Assembly: GCA_964553875.1 (NCBI GenBank) | Contig: CAZKNH010000005.1 | Span: 1,762-65,761, forward strand | Length of the DNA: 64,000 nucleotides | Reading direction: 5' to 3' | From: an uncultured Gammaproteobacteria bacterium | Lineage (GTDB): Bacteria; Pseudomonadota; Gammaproteobacteria; Steroidobacterales; Rariloculaceae | Shown: piece by piece, positions 8,681-18,144 of the stretch | Layout: each line of letters opens with the position of its first letter | Numbering within the stretch: position 1 is the first letter of the stretch | Made by a program: the position numbers and the translations under genes | Notes under the pieces: model-generated | The model's database searches: none | Told to the model about the DNA's origin: nothing | The model's input: the letters and a program-made list of their open reading frames with translations, nothing else

Positions 8681-10024
8681 TTAGAACCGTTCCGCGCGCT
8701 TCAAGTAGAGCACGGCGTTGTCCGGGAAGGGCGGTGAAAACACTCTCACGCCGTCCGTCACCGTAATCTGGCCCGTCGCGACGACGGACCCGGTGCTCGG
8801 GTTGAACCACTCGTAAGCGTAGGTCCCGCCCGTGACGTCGAGCGTGAACGCCCCCGATTCCGGCTGGTACACCAGATATTCCTGGCCGGGATGGGTCAGG
8901 CAAAATCGCGTAGAGCACACGCTGGAGTCGGCTTGCGGCCGCATCGCGGCCAAGTCCATTCGGACGGCGTAGCTCAGCGTTTGGCCCATGGCCTGCCGGG
9001 CGGACTCCCGGCCGTCGGCGCTCGGGGGAAACCTCACGATGCCGCCGTCCATGAACAGGATGTGCAGCCCGCGCGTGAAGCATTTCCAGACCCAGATTCC
9101 GTCCCCACCCTCGCCCCACAGGTGGTCCGTATCGGCGATCACGACCTTGCGGCCGTCCGGGATCGGAGGGTCCTCCTTGTACCCGCCTTCCTCGTTTGGC
9201 GAGATCCAGTCGGCCGGGCTGTCGAAGAGCGTCTCATTGCTGCCGCCCTCGTATTGAAAAGTCATGCCGACGGGATGCTGCTTCGGCTTCGTGGCCTCAT
9301 ACGTCTTCACGACGTCGACCATGTGATACTGCCACTCGGTGGAGTGCGCGCCCGCCTCGTTTGCGATCTCATACAACACGTTGTCGAGATCGTTGACCGT
9401 GTCGATCACCTTTCGAACGTACGCTTCCTGCACCGCGGTCACCTCCGGATAATCCAGAGTGGTCGCGCTCGTGCCGGGGGCGTCGATGCCGTTGATGTTG
9501 TTGCGTGCGTCGAACGGGAAGCCGTCCGTCGACGGCGATCGGTAGAACTGCAGCCCGTAGCCGTCGAACAGCATGATGGCCACGTAGATGCCCCGATCGC
9601 TCGCGGCCTTCACCCGGGCGCGCAGCCGGTCGAAATAGCTCTGGTCGAACCTCGAAAGGTCGAACTTCGGCATGCCGTCGCTCGCGGGCCCCGGCCCCGT
9701 GCGGAGCCACGGAAAGGGGGCGACGGTGAACGTCCGATCGTCGACGGTGAACCGGGGAAGCTCCCAGGTCCAAAGCCGAAAGAAGTTGTGTCCTCTATCC
9801 TCGAGAAAGTCCAGGTACGCGGCGTAATCGAACGTGACCGGAGAACCGAAAATCGAGCCGTCGCGCAAATTGGCCCAGACATGCGAACCGGTCAGGTAAA
9901 TGGCTCTTCGGCCGTCGTCGGTGAAATAAAGCGGATTGTCGGGATGGACGCGAAGCGGTCCGCCCGCGAGCGTGAGGCCGTTCAGACCAAAACAGATCAG
10001 CACGCCGCAAGCGAGCCGTTTCAT
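8681..10024 (-). CDS. secreted glycoside hydrolase, clan GH-A (GH5-like) TIM barrel
   Basis: Start at MKRLACGVLICFGLNGLTLAG (signal-like; complement of 10022-10024). FFRLWTWE and LYEIANEAG (NE acid/base-type motif) suggest a GH5-like fold. The exact family is not resolvable by eye. Confidence 0.55.
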   Translation of the reverse strand: MKRLACGVLICFGLNGLTLAGGPLRVHPDNPLYFTDDGRRAIYLTGSHVWANLRDGSIFGSPVTFDYAAYLDFLEDRGHNFFRLWTWELPRFTVDDRTFTVAPFPWLRTGPGPASDGMPKFDLSRFDQSYFDRLRARVKAASDRGIYVAIMLFDGYGLQFYRSPSTDGFPFDARNNINGIDAPGTSATTLDYPEVTAVQEAYVRKVIDTVNDLDNVLYEIANEAGAHSTEWQYHMVDVVKTYEATKPKQHPVGMTFQYEGGSNETLFDSPADWISPNEEGGYKEDPPIPDGRKVVIADTDHLWGEGGDGIWVWKCFTRGLHILFMDGGIVRFPPSADGRESARQAMGQTLSYAVRMDLAAMRPQADSSVCSTRFCLTHPGQEYLVYQPESGAFTLDVTGGTYAYEWFNPSTGSVVATGQITVTDGVRVFSPPFPDNAVLYLKRAERF

Positions 10025-10102
10025 TGGTGGTCCCCGGCGGGCGCGGTCAGGCCCGCACACATCCCATTATTGGCATATTTAGCATACCTATCTTATCGCC
10101 AG

Positions 10103-10130
10103 ATCTAACACTAGCGTCGGCGCAAGTCAA
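10103..10130 (-). promoter_or_regulatory. candidate sigma70-type promoter for the hydrolase gene
   Basis: Minus strand reads TTGACT-16 nt-TTAGAT in an AT-rich patch about 78 nt upstream of the ATG at 10024. Confidence 0.25.
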
Positions 10131-11317
10131 TCGGAACCAGTTACCAGCTCTCCGCGCAGACAACGCCGAAACTCTCCCGCGATGCGCTCGACGAGCAGGT
10201 CCCAGTCGTGGGCTTTCGCGCGAGCCTGCCGCGCCAGCACCGCATCGTCCGTGTTCCGCTCCGGCCGTAGCGCGTCGAGGAGCGCGTCCTCCCACTCATC
10301 GACGCCGGAGGCCGTCTCGAGCACGTCGCTGAACGGCCGAACGGCTTCGATCGGCGCCGACACGACGGGCCGTCCCGAGGCCAGGTATTCGTGCATCTTG
10401 AGCGGATAGATGTAGTTCGTGTAGTCGGATACTTCGTAGCACATCATGCAGACGTCGAAGTGCTGGCAGTAACCGGGCAGCTGCTCGACCGGCTTGTTAC
10501 CCAGAAGATGCACATTCGGCAGACGCTGCAGTTGCTCGAGCAGGGGCTTCTTGCCGCCTATGTTGCCGACCGGCCCGACCAGCACGAACGACCACTCGGG
10601 ACGGCGCGTCGCCAGTCCAACCAGCAGCGCCAGATCGAGCTGCACTTTGATCACGCCGACATAGCCCATGCGGGGACGAGGAATGTCCGCAAGGTCTGCG
10701 GGCTCGGGCTGCAGCGTGGAGAACGCGGCGTAGTCCACCCCGTTGGGAATACGAACGCTGTTCTGATTGATGGAACCCTTCTTCTCGAAGAGTTTCTGCG
10801 AATGAATGATTACCAGATCCGCAGCGCGAATCAGCGCGACCTCACGCGGATCGTTCGGGCGATCGACCGACGAGAAGCTGTACTCGTCGTCGATGTGATA
10901 GCAGACGAGATCCGCGTCGACCGCATCGAGCGCCCAATCATACTGTGGGCGCCAGACATACAGCACGATCCTGGTGCATCCGCGCCGCCGCAGTGTCTCG
11001 ACCGCGTCGCGCACGCGCTGCCGCCGCAACCAATTGCCGACGAACCGCGGCCGGTACACTTCGGCCCGCCAGCGGCCGGGACGATACACCGTGAACTGCG
11101 AACGGCGTGTACGAATTTCCTCGACCGACTCACCGGCATGAAAACGTCCCAGCCAGTAGTCTCGCCAGCCGCGGGCCGGCTCGACCCAAACTACGTCGAA
11201 TTGCTGCGCGAGCCGGTGCAGCACGTGGTGGCGTACGGTCCAGACGCCGAGCCACCGGTCGGGGACGAGCGCAACGACGCCAATCGAACTGTCGGTTCGC
11301 GGCTCGGCGGAACTCAC
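10127..11317 (-). CDS. glycosyltransferase, GT-B fold (family 1/4-like)
   Basis: 396 aa. The C-terminal half has GYVGVIKVQLDLALL...FVLVGP...LLGNKP...YPLKMHEYLASGRPVVS (EX7E-like region). Confidence 0.75.
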   Translation of the reverse strand: MSSAEPRTDSSIGVVALVPDRWLGVWTVRHHVLHRLAQQFDVVWVEPARGWRDYWLGRFHAGESVEEIRTRRSQFTVYRPGRWRAEVYRPRFVGNWLRRQRVRDAVETLRRRGCTRIVLYVWRPQYDWALDAVDADLVCYHIDDEYSFSSVDRPNDPREVALIRAADLVIIHSQKLFEKKGSINQNSVRIPNGVDYAAFSTLQPEPADLADIPRPRMGYVGVIKVQLDLALLVGLATRRPEWSFVLVGPVGNIGGKKPLLEQLQRLPNVHLLGNKPVEQLPGYCQHFDVCMMCYEVSDYTNYIYPLKMHEYLASGRPVVSAPIEAVRPFSDVLETASGVDEWEDALLDALRPERNTDDAVLARQARAKAHDWDLLVERIAGEFRRCLRGELVTGSD

Positions 11318-12333
11318 GCGCTGCTATGCTCCACGTCGCGTCCGTCGGCGGACCTCGAAAGCAGTCGCGCCTCCGCGATGCGGCCCACGTACTCGTACGT
11401 CGAAGCCTTGTAGTAGAACCGCCGTTTCTCTTCGAGCGTCACCAACCAGCGCAGTGCATTGCTCGCTGCCGCGCGAAACAGATAGCGCGGAACGCCGAAC
11501 CACCTGACCTGGCCGGGCGGCACCTTGGATTTGCGCATCGACATCCGCCCGAAATGGAAGTACCAATGCAGAAAGTAGGCTTTCGTGGCGCGTTCCGGCT
11601 CGACCGGATGATCCACTAGTGCATCGGGAAAATAGAAGATCCGGCCGCCGTGCTCCCGCACACGTGCACATAACTCGCTGTCTTCACCCACGGTGTGCAC
11701 GTCCCCTCGCGGGCCGAGATCGGTGCGGAACCCTCCGACACGATCGAAAACCTCGCGGCGGAACGCCATGTTCGCGCCGTAGACAGGCTTATCGATCTCC
11801 CGAGCCTCGGAGCCGAAATCGAGGAAAACGACGGCCTGCTTCAGCGCGAACTCGCCCTCGCTCGAGAACCAGGAAGGCGGCTCCTGCTTCCAAAGGGGGC
11901 GAATTCTCCCGCCTGCACCGACGCAGTCGTGCTTCTTGAACCCTTCGATGTAAGCGGCAAGCCACCCCTCGTCGATCAGCACGTCATCGTCGGTGAACGC
12001 GATGATCTCGCCCCTCGCGCGCGCTATGCCGGTGTTCAGCGCGTGTGACTTACCCTGCCTCGACTCGAACACATACTCGAGCGGCAGCCCTCGCGAGCGG
12101 AACCGATCCGCCACGGCATGCGTGTCGTCCTTCGAATTGTTGTCGACGAGTATGAGCTCCCACGTTGCGTCGCTCGGTAAACGCTGGCGGCCGAGCGACT
12201 CGAGCACGACCGCCAAGTGTGCCGCACGGTTGTACGTGCACAGTACGACGCTGATCGTTGGCGTGCCACTCGCGGATGTATCACCGGTCGTGCGGTTTAC
12301 GGATTTCATTGCTGCCATCTCGTTGGCCGACAT
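11314..12333 (-). CDS. glycosyltransferase family 2
   Basis: Start chosen at MSANEM (12333), 10 nt after the upstream stop; alternative ATGs at 12318 and 12309. Has ISVVLCTYNRAAHL...LVDNNSKDDT...IIAFTDDDV (GT2 DxD region). Paralog of 13434..14390. Confidence 0.8.
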   Translation of the reverse strand: MSANEMAAMKSVNRTTGDTSASGTPTISVVLCTYNRAAHLAVVLESLGRQRLPSDATWELILVDNNSKDDTHAVADRFRSRGLPLEYVFESRQGKSHALNTGIARARGEIIAFTDDDVLIDEGWLAAYIEGFKKHDCVGAGGRIRPLWKQEPPSWFSSEGEFALKQAVVFLDFGSEAREIDKPVYGANMAFRREVFDRVGGFRTDLGPRGDVHTVGEDSELCARVREHGGRIFYFPDALVDHPVEPERATKAYFLHWYFHFGRMSMRKSKVPPGQVRWFGVPRYLFRAAASNALRWLVTLEEKRRFYYKASTYEYVGRIAEARLLSRSADGRDVEHSSA

Positions 12334-12343
12334 CGGAAGCGCG

Positions 12344-13390
12344 TCAGGCCGGCTCGGCGCCCGGCAGCAGACCGATGGCCCTGCGCAACCGCCGCAACAC
12401 GGCGGAGCTCGCCCTCGAGGCCAACGAACGCCTCGGCGTGACGACGAACTGCCAGCGCTTACCCCCGACGGGTGCCCACTGCTCCTTGTACTGCTGACCG
12501 CCGCCCATGTCCAAAGCGGCGTATCCCGCCGACGCGGCCCACTGGTGCACCGCGTCGAGCAAGCGAGTGCCGATGCTGTGCTTCTCGTATTCCGGCTCGC
12601 GGTGGTAAGCGATACCGATGACGTGATCGTCATGCACGAGCTGCACGGCGGCACCGACAGCCTTGTCACCGTCGTGCAGCGAGATCGTGAAGTGCCGGCC
12701 GCGAGGCTCCCAGTACCGCGCGATGACCAACCGATCCCGCACGTCCAAGACCTCGTCGAAGCCTTCGGGCGCCCATTTCCGCCCCCAGTTGACGAGCGCC
12801 CACTCCGCTGCGCCGGGCTCGTTCACCGCCACCGTGAAGGAACGGCACCTGCGCCGCGCTTCTTTGATACGCCCCCACAGACGCGTCTCCTTCCAAAACG
12901 CCTCGTAGTCGCCGCGTAGGGACAACCGCCGTGTCTCTATGCACTCGAGCCGCTTGAAGCGGTCGCTCGTGGGAGGTTCGACTGCCTGGCGCCACCAGCT
13001 CACGAACAGCGGCACGTCGAGCGCGGTCAGCGCCGGCACGAGCATTCCGTCGCGAACGGGGAACAGCGAGCCCGGGACGATCCACGTCGTGACCGGAGTC
13101 CAGCGCTGCCCCTCGCGACGCACGCCGACGACCGCCAACGGATCACCGCCGAGCGTCACGAGCGCAGTGCGCTTCTCCACGGGCGCGGGGTTCGTCGCGA
13201 GCTCGCGGTAGAGCTCGTGCGGGCACATCGGCATCTCGGGCAGCGTCGCCAGCGCGGCGTCGAGGTCGTCGTGCCAGGAATCGAACCAATCGACGCGCAG
13301 CCTGCGCCGGTTCAACCAGCGTGACGCGTGACCTGCAATCGGCTGCGGCTCCGTCTCTCTCGTATCGGTCCCCTGCATCCTGCTCCTCAC
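12344..13390 (-). CDS. CelD/BioF2-like GNAT-fold acyltransferase (Acetyltransf_6-type)
   Basis: 348 aa. C-terminus HREPEYEKHSIGTRLLDAVHQWAASAGYAALDMGGGQQYKEQWAP resembles the CelD-like/FemAB-like acetyltransferase block. Confidence 0.55.
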   Translation of the reverse strand: MRSRMQGTDTRETEPQPIAGHASRWLNRRRLRVDWFDSWHDDLDAALATLPEMPMCPHELYRELATNPAPVEKRTALVTLGGDPLAVVGVRREGQRWTPVTTWIVPGSLFPVRDGMLVPALTALDVPLFVSWWRQAVEPPTSDRFKRLECIETRRLSLRGDYEAFWKETRLWGRIKEARRRCRSFTVAVNEPGAAEWALVNWGRKWAPEGFDEVLDVRDRLVIARYWEPRGRHFTISLHDGDKAVGAAVQLVHDDHVIGIAYHREPEYEKHSIGTRLLDAVHQWAASAGYAALDMGGGQQYKEQWAPVGGKRWQFVVTPRRSLASRASSAVLRRLRRAIGLLPGAEPA

Positions 13391-13433
13391 CGCGTTATCG
13401 AGGCTTCATTGCCCAGTGCCACGAAGCGCCTGG

Positions 13434-14390
13434 TCATGAAGCCGACGGGCGTGGCTGCACATGATCAGCGGGCTCTGCGAGCAAGCGCCTCGCCTCGACG
13501 ACTCGGCCGAGCGCCTCGGCCGTCTCGAGCTTGCGCTTGAAGCGCGCGACCGGCGCGAGCGTCACCCACCACTTGAACGCGTTCACGACGAGCGCGCGGA
13601 TCAGATAGAGCGGCACGCCGAACATGCGGCGGCCGTCCCGCGGAATGTTCCCCATCCGCGCAGAGGTGCGCCCGAAGTCGAAATACCACGACAGATAATA
13701 CGATTTCGTCGCGCGCTTTTCCTCGACCGGGTGATCGACGATCGCGTCGGGCACGTAATAGAGCGGCTCACCATGCTTCGCGAGCCGTTGGGAAAACTCG
13801 GTGTCCTCGCCGCGCAGCAACGAGTCGGGCGTCGGGCCGAGATCGGCTCGGAACAGCCCGTACTTCTCGAACGCCTCGCGCCTGAATGCCATGTTGCAGC
13901 CGACCAGCGCGACGCCGGTCAGCGGACGCGGCGTATCTCCGTGCTCGAACTGCATGATCGCCATGCGCAGCCGATTCGGGCCGGTGAGCACGAGCCAGCT
14001 CGGCTGAGGCTGCCGCCACAACGGTCGCACGCGTCCGCCGATACCGGTGCATGGAAGTGTTCGGAAAGCCTTGTCGATCTCGCGGATCCAGTCGGGATGG
14101 ACGTACACGTCGTCGTCCGTGAAAGCAATGATGTCGCCGTGCGCGGCCGCGACGCCGGTGTTCAACGCATGCGACTTGCCCTGACGCCCCTCGAACAGGT
14201 ACCGAACGGAGAACCCGGACTGCTCCGCCGCGAACGCTTCGACGACCTGCCGCGTATCGTCGGAGGAGTTGTTGTCGACGACCAGAAGCTCCCAATCGAT
14301 CTCGCCGTTCGCAGTCTGCGCGGCGAGCGTCGCGAGCGCTTCCCGAAGCATCGCCGAACGATTGTAGGTGCAGAGAATGACGCTGATCAT
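13434..14390 (-). CDS. glycosyltransferase family 2
   Basis: 318 aa. MISVILCTYNRSAML...VVDNNSSDDT...IIAFTDDDV. Collinear with 11314..12333 along its whole length (roughly half of positions identical by eye). Confidence 0.85.
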   Translation of the reverse strand: MISVILCTYNRSAMLREALATLAAQTANGEIDWELLVVDNNSSDDTRQVVEAFAAEQSGFSVRYLFEGRQGKSHALNTGVAAAHGDIIAFTDDDVYVHPDWIREIDKAFRTLPCTGIGGRVRPLWRQPQPSWLVLTGPNRLRMAIMQFEHGDTPRPLTGVALVGCNMAFRREAFEKYGLFRADLGPTPDSLLRGEDTEFSQRLAKHGEPLYYVPDAIVDHPVEEKRATKSYYLSWYFDFGRTSARMGNIPRDGRRMFGVPLYLIRALVVNAFKWWVTLAPVARFKRKLETAEALGRVVEARRLLAEPADHVQPRPSAS

Positions 14391-14568
14391 GGTCGTGATG
14401 CGTTGGCCGCGCGGGGTCCTTGCTGGTTCTTCTTCGCTGGACGGCGGGACCGCCCCTCGTGCGGGGTAGTGTACTTCACGCCGCAGCTCGAAAAGGTAGC
14501 ATGCCGCCCGGGTTGGCGACGCGCTGCGCAGCGGGTCACGAAACGGGGACCACCGGGCGGCGCGTCCC

Positions 14569-15540
14569 CTACCGAGGCGAACGCGTCAACCGCGGCAGCG
14601 CGCGGGCCGCTTTGCCGACCGGGTCGAGCAGGCGCCGCAGGACGTGCCGGCGGAGGACCCAACGATCGATCTCGAGCCCCTGCTGCGCGAGCGCGGCGGT
14701 ATGAAATTCCCAGAACTCGCGCGGTGCGCCTTCAATCTTCGCGCGTGCGAGGAGATCGTAGTAGCGCCACGAAACCGAGCCGATCGTTCGCGCGAGCTCC
14801 GCTTCGTCCAGGTACTCGGGCCCGAACCGGTGCACGGTCAGAAAGTGCATCAGCGTCAGCGGATTGAAACGCGCCATACGCTCCCATAGCGAGCCCGGTT
14901 CTCGCCGGTTGAAGCTCAGCACCTGGAAGACGAAACCGAAGTCCGCTTCCCGTAGGATCTCGAAGCAGACCTCGACGTCCTCGAACGGTGACGTCGGCCG
15001 GTAGAACGCCGGCGCGCGGGCGCGCACGAGATCGGCGCGGAACAGCACCGACGTCGGCGAGCCGAATACCGTGAGGCCCTGCTTGAGCGCCATCCGACAG
15101 ATCTCGCGGCCGTCGTAGACTCCGGTGCCGAACTCGAGCCCCGCTTGGGCGATGTATCGCCCCTCGATCCCGAAAGCCGATACGAGCCCGACGCGGGGAT
15201 TCGCGTCCGCCAGCCGAACCATTTCGGTCAGACAGGACGGAAAGATCCAGTCATCGGCCTGAACGACCTTGCAGTAAGTGCTCTCCACAGAGATCGCCGT
15301 GAGCGCGCTGTTGTAGTTGTCGACCTGGCTCAGATGGGTCGGCTGGCGGAGCAGCCGGATTCTCGGATCGCGCTCCGCGTACTCGGCGGCGATTTCCCCG
15401 CCGCCGTCCGTGCTGCAGTTGTCGACCAGCACGTACTCGAAATCGCGGAAATCCTGCCGCAGCACGCTCTCGATGCACTCGCGCAGGAAGCGCGCCGTGT
15501 TGTAGAACGGCGTCACGACGCTCACTCGCGGCGAGCTCAC
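14569..15540 (-). CDS. glycosyltransferase family 2
   Basis: 323 aa. VSVVTPFYNTARFLRECIESVLRQ...LVDNCSTDG...VVQADDW. Confidence 0.8.
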   Translation of the reverse strand: MSSPRVSVVTPFYNTARFLRECIESVLRQDFRDFEYVLVDNCSTDGGGEIAAEYAERDPRIRLLRQPTHLSQVDNYNSALTAISVESTYCKVVQADDWIFPSCLTEMVRLADANPRVGLVSAFGIEGRYIAQAGLEFGTGVYDGREICRMALKQGLTVFGSPTSVLFRADLVRARAPAFYRPTSPFEDVEVCFEILREADFGFVFQVLSFNRREPGSLWERMARFNPLTLMHFLTVHRFGPEYLDEAELARTIGSVSWRYYDLLARAKIEGAPREFWEFHTAALAQQGLEIDRWVLRRHVLRRLLDPVGKAARALPRLTRSPR

Positions 15541-15571
15541 TGCCGAAGCCTCCGTGATCGGATCGCGAGCG

Positions 15572-16924
15572 TCATTGCGACGCGGCTACGAGATCGTATT
15601 GCGAATCGAGCTCGCGCCTGAAGCCGGCGAGGCGCTCTCGAACCGTCGAACGCTCGATCTCGAGCCGCGACTCGAGCGCGTCGAGGGCGGCGCGAATCTC
15701 CGGCACGTCCGACCGCTCGATGTCGAGGCAGTAACGCTCCTGCCCGAGCTCCCGCATCAGATCAACGACCTTCCGATCGTAGGACAGCGCGACCACTGGC
15801 GTGCCCGCGAGCTGCGACAGCACGACGCCGTGAAGCCGGCTCGCGACGACGATATCGAGGTCCGATGCGGCACGCATGAACTCCTCGACCGTCTCCGACG
15901 GAGGCACGTCCGGCAAGAGTTCGTCGCCCAACCGCGGCTTCACGAGCTCGAGCAGCTCCTGGACGGATCGACGGTCCGGGCCGTCGCTCGCGAGCAAGGA
16001 CACGCGGTAGCCCTTCTCCGCCAGGCCGACCGTCACCTCCGCGAGCCGGTGCAGGTGCGTCTCGTACGCCGCCGCATCCTTTCTCGGCCAGACTCGCGGA
16101 TCGCAGTAGGCCATCGGGCTGATGCCGACCCGCCGCGACGCCGGGCCCTGCTTCGTCGGGCCGCGCGTGAGGCTGAACGCGAGATCGGGCAGCACGGGAT
16201 CGGCGTCTGCGAGCCGGAATCCCACGTCCCGCATGCGCCGCCGCGATCCTTCGTCGCGGTAGGACCGATAATGTGCCCATCGCAACGCCGCACGCGTCAG
16301 CAAGCGGCTCGCGCGCGACTCGAGCGTGCCGAAACCCACGCTCAGAACCACCACTCGCCGCCCCAAGAGCCTCGCGAGCAACGTCCACTTCGCGAGCGCG
16401 TAAGGGTGTCCCCACGGCCCGCCCCAGTAATCATCGAGCTGCCCGCCGCCCGATACGATCAGCGTGTCGACCTGTTTCAGCACCGCGACCGCGCCGCGAA
16501 CGTGGTCGAGCTCGCGACGGATCATGCCGAGCGCGCCGCTCGGCACGAGCGCGCGCGCAACACCCGCTATGCACGAGCGCAGCCGACTGCGGCGCGGCGG
16601 AGGCGAGACAACGTCGACCCTTCCCCGTGCCCCGCTCTGCGCCGCCCGGGCGTCCGGGTCGCGATTCTTCGGCACTATTCCGTAACCCGGTAACGATCGG
16701 GCGCCAATCGGATAAGCCGGGATGCCGTGACGACGCTCCGTGTCGAGCGGGCGAAGCGTGATGCCGACGAAGGTCGCGTGCGGGACACGCCGCCGCAGGT
16801 TCTCGAGCACGGCTTCCTGAATCGCCGCGTCGCCGAGGTTGCCGTGTCCGCACGGGCTCAGCAACGCGAACCGGCAAGCGGCCCGGCTCGTCGGGACGGC
16901 GTCGGCGCGTATGACCCGGCTCAC
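15572..16924 (-). CDS. polysaccharide pyruvyl transferase family protein
   Basis: GTG at 16924 forms a GTGA overlap with the wzt stop (16921-16923); the track ORF to 17119 would overlap wzt. CGHGNLGDAAIQ and VSGGGQLDDYWGGPWGHPYALAKW are typical of CsaB/WcaK-type pyruvyl transferases. Confidence 0.7.
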   Translation of the reverse strand: MSRVIRADAVPTSRAACRFALLSPCGHGNLGDAAIQEAVLENLRRRVPHATFVGITLRPLDTERRHGIPAYPIGARSLPGYGIVPKNRDPDARAAQSGARGRVDVVSPPPRRSRLRSCIAGVARALVPSGALGMIRRELDHVRGAVAVLKQVDTLIVSGGGQLDDYWGGPWGHPYALAKWTLLARLLGRRVVVLSVGFGTLESRASRLLTRAALRWAHYRSYRDEGSRRRMRDVGFRLADADPVLPDLAFSLTRGPTKQGPASRRVGISPMAYCDPRVWPRKDAAAYETHLHRLAEVTVGLAEKGYRVSLLASDGPDRRSVQELLELVKPRLGDELLPDVPPSETVEEFMRAASDLDIVVASRLHGVVLSQLAGTPVVALSYDRKVVDLMRELGQERYCLDIERSDVPEIRAALDALESRLEIERSTVRERLAGFRRELDSQYDLVAASQ

Positions 16925-18132
16925 GACGCGATCAGCTCGTCGCCCACGATCCGGGGTTTGCAGGCGATGATCCCCTTCCAGGCCTCCACCGGTGACCCGA
17001 TGTACAGGGTCGCCGCCGGATCCCAGTAGTCGCAGAACTCTTCCTTGTCGTGCCGATAGGCGGATACGCAAATCTGATACGTGCCGGGCCCCATCGCGAG
17101 ATCGATCTCGTACTCGCACCGGAGCTTGTCACCCGGCTCGAGGTCGTAAGCTCGCCCGAGCCGACGTGTCGACGTATCGAAGATCACGCGGTAATCCTCG
17201 TCCCGGATGTAGAGCGGCAGTGAAAAATCCTTCACCGGCTGGCGCGCCGTGACCTCGATGCGGACACGCACCCGCTCGCCGGTATCGAACCTGATCGATT
17301 CCCCCCGTTCGCCGGTGACGGTGACGTCGTCGATCGTGACGGCGGTGTTCTCGTCCGTCTTGCGCTGATTCCGCACGGCGTCCATGTAACCTTTGATGAC
17401 GCTCGCGGTGGGACCGATCATCAACGTCTTGCCGTGATCGAGCAGCAGCGAGCGCTGGCAGAGCTCCATGACCGCGCGAAGATTGTGCGATACGAACAGC
17501 ACGGTCGTGCCGTTGCGAATGATTTCCATCATTCGATTGAGGCACTTCTGCTGGAAAACGTGATCGCCGACGCTGAGCACCTCGTCCACGATCATCACGT
17601 CGGGATCGACGTGAGCGGCGATCGAAAAGCCGAGGCGCGCATACATTCCCGAGGAGTAGCGCTTCACCGGCGTGTCGATGAAATCCGCGAGGCCCGAGAA
17701 CTCGATGATCGCGTCGAGCTTGGAATCGATTTCCCGACGCCGCATGCCGAGGATCGTGCCGTTCAGGTAGATGTTCTCCCGCCCCGTGAGGTCGGGATGG
17801 AATCCGGCGGAGACCTCGATCAGCGCCGACAGCCGGCCGGACACGGTCATCGAGCCCTTCGTCGGCTTCATGACCCCGCTCAAGATCTTCAGGATCGTGC
17901 TCTTGCCGGCGCCGTTGTGGCCGATGATGCCGAAGGCCTCGCCTTTCTGCACCTCGAAGGACACGTCCTGCAAGGCCCAAAACTCCTGCTTGCCGGTCAG
18001 CTCGCCGCGCGCCAGCGGACGGCGCAGCATGCGGCCGATCATGGCCGGAATCTGGTCCCGCAACGAATCGTGCAGCTCCCCGCGGCGGAACTTCTTGTAA
18101 ACGTGTTCGAGCCTCAGTGCGACGTCTGACAT
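16921..18132 (-). CDS. wzt: polysaccharide ABC exporter ATP-binding protein with extra C-terminal (putative glycan-binding) domain
   Basis: 403 aa. Walker A GHNGAGKST, signature YSSGMYARL, Walker B MIVDEVLSVGD. About 150 aa follow the NBD, as in Wzt proteins with substrate-recognition domains. Confidence 0.85.
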   Translation of the reverse strand: MSDVALRLEHVYKKFRRGELHDSLRDQIPAMIGRMLRRPLARGELTGKQEFWALQDVSFEVQKGEAFGIIGHNGAGKSTILKILSGVMKPTKGSMTVSGRLSALIEVSAGFHPDLTGRENIYLNGTILGMRRREIDSKLDAIIEFSGLADFIDTPVKRYSSGMYARLGFSIAAHVDPDVMIVDEVLSVGDHVFQQKCLNRMMEIIRNGTTVLFVSHNLRAVMELCQRSLLLDHGKTLMIGPTASVIKGYMDAVRNQRKTDENTAVTIDDVTVTGERGESIRFDTGERVRVRIEVTARQPVKDFSLPLYIRDEDYRVIFDTSTRRLGRAYDLEPGDKLRCEYEIDLAMGPGTYQICVSAYRHDKEEFCDYWDPAATLYIGSPVEAWKGIIACKPRIVGDELIAS

Positions 18133-18144
18133 GGAACCTCGAAG

